Source: Polyangiaceae bacterium (GTDB lineage: Bacteria > Myxococcota_A > Polyangia > Polyangiales > Polyangiaceae). From it: DNA of 64,000 nucleotides. The DNA is taken from positions 154,501-218,500 of the forward strand of contig JBILLK010000017.1 of assembly GCA_044376115.1 (NCBI GenBank). Direction: 5' to 3'. Position 1 is the stretch's first letter, and each line of letters opens with the position of its first letter. The notes below the pieces were generated by a model. The model was not told the DNA's origin. It was given only the letters and a program-made list of their open reading frames with translations, and did no database searches. Made by a program: the position numbers and the translations under genes. This document shows, piece by piece, positions 59,178 through 64,000 of this stretch.

Positions 59178-59810
59178 TTGGCGCGTAAAGCTAAAGTTCG
59201 ATACGTATTCCGGAGCGGGCTTGCTCTCCTGGCGCTCGCCGCGGGTCCCTGGGTGGGCTGTGACCCAGGAACGCCATCCGTTCAGAATCTGGCCTCCTCG
59301 AGTTCGGCTTTAGCGTCTGGCGCTGCGCTGCTTGCCTCACCTCGTCCTGGCCCTATTGAATCCAGCGTCTCGCCCGCCGCCACGGCTCCGCCTGCGGGCA
59401 ACGGCGGCGCAACGGCACCGTGCGGAGATGGCGCGTGCGAGCTCGATTGGGAGTGTGTGGACGGCCGCTGCTGCCCATTGCTACAGGCATGCAACACGGT
59501 TTGCTGCAGCGGGGACGAGTACTGCAATGTAACAGAGTGCTACCATCCGCTGCTCTGCGGGCCCGGCCTACCAGTCTGCCCCGAGAAGACGTACTGCGAG
59601 GATTACGAGGACGGGCAGCGTTCATGCGCGAACATAGGGCATCGGCGTGACAACCAAGAGTTCTGCGCACGCATGGACGCGGGCGCGCAATGGTTGAAGG
59701 CGCACTCGCCGGGCGGTCCAAAGCCGCGCGGAACCTGCTTCCCCGAAATGGCGCCACACCGCATGGGAACGATCCGCTGGTATCAGGCCCTGGGAAAGAG
59801 CGTTAAATAG
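59178..59810 (+). CDS. Cys-rich lipoprotein
   Basis: WVGC lipobox-like; CVDGRCCPLLQACNTVCC module; start (TTG) uncertain. Confidence 0.6.
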   Translation: MARKAKVRYVFRSGLALLALAAGPWVGCDPGTPSVQNLASSSSALASGAALLASPRPGPIESSVSPAATAPPAGNGGATAPCGDGACELDWECVDGRCCPLLQACNTVCCSGDEYCNVTECYHPLLCGPGLPVCPEKTYCEDYEDGQRSCANIGHRRDNQEFCARMDAGAQWLKAHSPGGPKPRGTCFPEMAPHRMGTIRWYQALGKSVK

Positions 59811-59887
59811 GCATCGCAGCGAGTTAGACTCATGGCCATGGTCGGCGTGCACTATCAGCGAGCGCGTTGACCTATGCTAACGCGGCC

Positions 59888-61051
59888 ATGATGCGCGCCA
59901 AGACGATCGTGCTTTCTCTCTCTGGACCGGGGAGCCATACGATCGTGGAGGAGCCGGGGCGCGGTGACCTGTGTATTGGCCCCGAAAGCTCCGGCAACCC
60001 TTCACCGGATGTAGTCGTTGCCGCAGATCAAACGCTCAATTGGCCCACCTTCGATCCATTGAAAGTACCCGCGGGGTATTCGTGGCCTCGGCACTTTCAC
60101 TACCGTGGCAACGACCATGGTTTCTTCACCTGGTCGGAGAGGCGACGAATTGAGACGTTTGAGTGGACGCCGCTGACCGATACGGTGGTCAATGCACGCG
60201 ACGCCCGGATCGACCATCTGGTCTTGCATTTGACTACGGCGAGTCTGGACATCGTATTGCCCAGCAACTGCAAGCGGCTGACGATCATGGGTGACCCAAG
60301 CCGGTTACGAGCTGAGCTACCGTCCAACGCTACATGCCCAGCGCTGGAGTTCCATCCCAGTACCAAACCGAGCCCGAGTGCAGCTCCAATCACGCTACCT
60401 CGATTTGGCACCTTGGTAGCGGCCCTCTCCGTCGACGTGTATGTCGAACCCATGCGGCAGCCGTTCGAGTGCGCGAGCCTACTTCAATTCCCCAGGCTTC
60501 AACGAGTCGCGTTGCGTGGCCAGTTAACCGGCTTGGAGGCGCTCGCGCAGCTCCCAGATCTCAACAGTCTCGAACTGCGCTACTGCGCTGACCTTTCGGC
60601 ATTGCCGCCGCTCAATGCCTGGCCCAAACTTAACTACGTTATCGGCTGGAACATCGAGAAGAGCGCCGGCAAACGGCTCCAAGCCGAAATCAAGCAGCTA
60701 ACCAAGTCGGTCGCTCGGAAGTGGGACTTCGCTTCGGTCACACAACTGCGCGCGCCCGAGTGGTTTACAGCAGAGTACGGTCTGCCGTTCTCCGCGTGGC
60801 CAAAGCGCCACGCCAAGACTGCGATACGCGCATATCAAAGCGCGCAGGAGAGCATCGCTACCGCTAATTCATCGACAAACGTCGAGCAGGCGATTCGGGC
60901 TTTTATTCAGACAATCAACAAGCTACCCGGCATTGAAACGACTGAACGTGAAGACTCCGCGGAGGCCGTTGCCCAACTCATTACCAACGCAAAGCCGAGG
61001 ATCTCAGGCGATCTCGCACTGTCTTGGTTCGACGATGAACGGAAGTTCTGA
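59888..61051 (+). CDS. Leucine-rich-repeat protein
   Basis: LLQFPRLQRVALRG, LAQLPDLNSLELRYC, LNAWPKLNYV; C-terminal IETTERED helical domain. Confidence 0.75.
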   Translation: MMRAKTIVLSLSGPGSHTIVEEPGRGDLCIGPESSGNPSPDVVVAADQTLNWPTFDPLKVPAGYSWPRHFHYRGNDHGFFTWSERRRIETFEWTPLTDTVVNARDARIDHLVLHLTTASLDIVLPSNCKRLTIMGDPSRLRAELPSNATCPALEFHPSTKPSPSAAPITLPRFGTLVAALSVDVYVEPMRQPFECASLLQFPRLQRVALRGQLTGLEALAQLPDLNSLELRYCADLSALPPLNAWPKLNYVIGWNIEKSAGKRLQAEIKQLTKSVARKWDFASVTQLRAPEWFTAEYGLPFSAWPKRHAKTAIRAYQSAQESIATANSSTNVEQAIRAFIQTINKLPGIETTEREDSAEAVAQLITNAKPRISGDLALSWFDDERKF

Positions 61052-61076
61052 GCAAGCACCAAGTACTAGAGCCGCT

Positions 61077-61289
61077 ATGCCACCTACGCTCAACATCGTG
61101 GACGGGGATCTTCTCGACCAAGACGTCCAAGTAATCGTCAATGCCTGGAATCGGAACATCATCCCGTGGTGGCTGCTGATTCCTCAGGGCATCTCCGGCG
61201 CTATCAAGAAGAGGGGCGGGCATGAACCTTTCCGCGAGCTTGCTCGGCTTGGCGCAATCCCACTCGGAGGTGCAGTGCTCACAGGCGCC
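61077..61289 (+). pseudogene. Truncated Macro domain (ADP-ribose-binding/hydrolase) gene
   Basis: IVDGDLLDQDVQVIVNAWN...GISGAIKKRGG...IPLGGAVLTGA, then similarity stops abruptly; C-terminal half not found. Confidence 0.75.
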
Positions 61290-61408
61290 GCCGAGCGAGG
61301 TCGCAAACGCCAGCTACACCGGCCACGTTGTGCTGGTTCTCTACGCTCCTGGCGGCTCGTAAGGCATCACCCGTGGCGCCCTCAGTTGAACGCCAGTACG
61401 CTTGCAGA

Positions 61409-61945
61409 GTGCTCGATTGGCAACCGCTCAAACCGCCCATTTCGTGGCCTCGATTTGGGCTGGTATCTTTTCGGCAGTCCAGGCAGCAACTTCGGTCGAC
61501 GTTTGGCCCACCACAGGAAGTCGACGCAGATTCCAACGGCGTTGGCCTCATGGATGTATGGGCGCTGGGTTTCTCGTGTGGGCTAGAGTTGATTCTGCTC
61601 GCTTTTAAGCATGACTCTCATTTCGTCGACGTAGCAGAGGACCAACTCGGCTGGATTGAGCTTCAAGCAAACTCCGGGGATCTACAGCACATCGGCGCGC
61701 ACCTTCCCTTTGAACTTGTCGAGGTATTGCCTTACTTGCCTGACCGCCGTGAGACGCCCCCGACGCGTTTGGCCCTGCTCCGGCAGGACGATAACGGCCA
61801 TGTGTTCGAGATCCAACGTTTTGCCTCGCGGTGCGCGGCTAACAGCGCGCTGGCAGGCTTCGAGGCTTTGCACCACAAGCAAAGCTACTGGCTCAATGAA
61901 GTAGAGGTCATTGAGCCAAGTCGAGCGCAGAGCGCCAAGAAGTAA
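61409..61945 (+). CDS. Hypothetical protein with C-terminal RQDDNG...HKQxYW domain
   Basis: GTG 61409 directly after an attC-like motif; LLRQDDNGHVFEIQRF...FEALHHKQSYWL. Confidence 0.65.
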   Translation: MLDWQPLKPPISWPRFGLVSFRQSRQQLRSTFGPPQEVDADSNGVGLMDVWALGFSCGLELILLAFKHDSHFVDVAEDQLGWIELQANSGDLQHIGAHLPFELVEVLPYLPDRRETPPTRLALLRQDDNGHVFEIQRFASRCAANSALAGFEALHHKQSYWLNEVEVIEPSRAQSAKK

Positions 61946-62265
61946 AGTTGTGCTCGCGCACGGGTCTCTCCTCGTGATGCACGCCTCGGTATAGGAACTC
62001 TGGATACATGCCTACTAGCCGGGCGAGGCGCCACGAATTCGCCCGCGCCAAAACGGTGCTTAAAGAGCCTCGAGCCGATGCGACCACGCCATCCCGCCTT
62101 CGATGAGGACTGGGGGATCTTCGGGGTCGAAATGCGCTGAGTCGCTACTGAACAGTTAGGCGGCGGCCCTCATCCAGCAAACGGCTGGCCGTGCGCCAAC
62201 CAACAGAAAGTATCGGGCTGGATGGCCCCGTGGTACGTTGTGAGGTCCGCCTTTTAAGAGGTTAT

Positions 62266-64000
62266 ATGATTGAAGGTTCCTTCTTAGCCCAAGCCCACAG
62301 CGCCCCTCGTCGACTCCCTCGTGCGAGGTTCGCTCGCTGGCTACGCGGGGGATTGGCTGGCCTCGCCATCGCCGCCATTGGTGGAATTGCGGGCTGTAGC
62401 GAATCAGAGGAAAGCTCCTCGGGGGAGTCTGGCCGCGGGCCGGGTGAAGAAGCCGTAGAAAGCGTTGCCTCCGAGCTAGTTGGAACCGACGGCGCGTTGA
62501 CCGTAACGGCGGCCAACACTGTATTGAATCAGTACGCCGTGCTCTCGGCGAACGTGGCGGCTGGGGCAACCAGTCTCACAGTGTCCAATATCGCGGACCT
62601 GTCGAGCCCAACGCTTGGTGCGATAGCGGCTGGGGACCTGATCCTCATCTCGCAGGCGCAAGGCGCCACTATCGATCAAACCGACACAGCGGCCTACGGC
62701 ACAGTGACCGCGCTCAACGGCGCTGGGCGTTATGAGATCGTCAGCGTAGTGGGTGTACAAGGCAATACGCTGACGGTTGACTCGAGCTGTGGTGGATTGC
62801 AATTTGCCTATCAAGCTGCGGGCAATACCCAGGTTGTGCGCATCCCCCAGTTTACGACGCTAACCGTCAATGCCGGCGCTTCGATCGTCGCTCCGGCGTG
62901 GGACGGTCAACGCGGTGGAATCGTAGCGATTCACGCTCTTACCAGCATTAACTTGAACGGGGCCGTAGACGTCTCCGGCCTCGGGTTTCGAGGCGGCGTT
63001 GCAGACAATGCCAGCGAGGGCTCGGGGGCGCCCTTCGTCACCGGCTTTCGCTCGACGGATGGCACCAACGGCGCAGAGAAGGGTGAATCGATCGCAGGTT
63101 TTCAGGCGGGGTACGCTAACGGCAGGTTCGGCCGCGGCGCGCCTGCCAACGGCGGTGGTGGTGGCAACAGCCACAATGCTGGCGGTGGAGGTGGCGCCAA
63201 CGGCGGCGCCCTCATGGGTTATACCGGCGCCGGCGTCATGAGCAATGCGGTCATGGGCGCTGCGGCCTGGATGCTCGATCCGGAGGGCCCTCTAGCAGCC
63301 TCGACCGGCGGTGGACGAGGTGGCTACAGCTTCTCGAGCAATAACCTCAATGCCACGGCGACGGGGCCGAGCGACGGCGGTTGGGGTGGTGATTCGCGTC
63401 AAGCCAACGGTGGCCGAGGTGGGCGCCCGCTCGCCGCGGATGTCAGTGGCGGACGGGTATTCTTCGGCGGCGGCGGTGGTGCCGGAGACGGGAACAACAG
63501 CGCCTCCACTTCGGGCGCACGCGGCGGTGGTATCGCCATTCTGATCGCACCGACGATTGGAGGTTCGTCCCAAGTCCGAGCCAACGGAGCTGCGGCGACG
63601 ACCGCAAACAGCGGCAACGGTTCTGGTGACGCCCCCGGCGGTGGTGGCGGAGGCGGTACCATTGTCTTGCGAGCGAGTACGCTCACCGGCGCGGTCGCGG
63701 TGCAAGCCAACGGCGGAGCGGGCGGTCTACAACAGATTAGCAACGGCAACGAAGCGGAAGGTCCGGGCGGCGGCGGTGGCGGTGGCGTTATTGCGTTGAG
63801 TGGCACGGGAGGTTCGTTCACCACCAGCGCGACTGGCGCCGTCGCTGGAACAACGAACTCGCCGGCTCTCAGTGAATTCCCAAGCAACGGCGCCACCGCC
63901 GGTGCCGTCGGCACCGTGGCCTCATCGGCCGCGCCGCTGACGTTGCCGGCCTGCATTGATACGCAAACGCCGGACACGACGATTGTCACCTTCGAGCCAG
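62266..64000 (+). CDS. Large surface lipoprotein/adhesin with AgmC-like N-domain; partial, runs off the window end
   Basis: Not in ORF track. ATG 62266 after AAGAGG; IAGC lipobox; GTDGALTVTAANTVLNQYA...GDLILISQAQGA...GRYE, QVVRIPQF, AWDGQRGG, Gly-rich repeats, ends DTQTPDTTI (Ig-like repeat start). Confidence 0.82.
   Translation, partial: MIEGSFLAQAHSAPRRLPRARFARWLRGGLAGLAIAAIGGIAGCSESEESSSGESGRGPGEEAVESVASELVGTDGALTVTAANTVLNQYAVLSANVAAGATSLTVSNIADLSSPTLGAIAAGDLILISQAQGATIDQTDTAAYGTVTALNGAGRYEIVSVVGVQGNTLTVDSSCGGLQFAYQAAGNTQVVRIPQFTTLTVNAGASIVAPAWDGQRGGIVAIHALTSINLNGAVDVSGLGFRGGVADNASEGSGAPFVTGFRSTDGTNGAEKGESIAGFQAGYANGRFGRGAPANGGGGGNSHNAGGGGGANGGALMGYTGAGVMSNAVMGAAAWMLDPEGPLAASTGGGRGGYSFSSNNLNATATGPSDGGWGGDSRQANGGRGGRPLAADVSGGRVFFGGGGGAGDGNNSASTSGARGGGIAILIAPTIGGSSQVRANGAAATTANSGNGSGDAPGGGGGGGTIVLRASTLTGAVAVQANGGAGGLQQISNGNEAEGPGGGGGGGVIALSGTGGSFTTSATGAVAGTTNSPALSEFPSNGATAGAVGTVASSAAPLTLPACIDTQTPDTTIVTFEP

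Overview
GC-rich bacterial chromosomal segment. The gene repertoire (many Gly/Cys-rich lipoproteins, an ECF-sigma/FecR pair, FG-GAP and AgmC-like surface proteins, a GYF_2 protein) suggests a myxobacterium (Polyangiales/Sorangiineae-like); this assignment is an inference. Positions 1-54000 are densely coding: signalling (RegAB, PAS hybrid kinase, FHA-GGDEF), metabolism (purU, allA, P450, molybdopterin oxidoreductase, BCCP, D-cysteine desulfhydrase family), two c-type cytochrome lipoproteins flanking a SWIM-SNF2 helicase, a DUF1800/DUF1501 operon and a lipoprotein protein-arginine deiminase. Highlights not visible in the ORF track: (1) two genes interrupted by an in-frame TGA, each followed by a SECIS-like hairpin at about the same distance. 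One is a UxxC thioredoxin-fold lipoprotein resembling the selenoprotein P N-domain (49287-50090). The other is an outer-membrane barrel-like protein whose Sec would be residue +1 after the signal peptide (28657-29421). (2) A protein carrying a degenerate copy of the RNA polymerase beta' clamp/coiled-coil fused to an unrelated domain (55782-57356). (3) A ~200-nt highly base-paired intergenic element (54003-54203). (4) An accessory tract (~54.2-62.2 kb) with eroded attC-like motifs and ADP-ribose-related genes. All family calls come from motif recognition by eye; no searches were run. No rRNA, tRNA or CRISPR array was seen.
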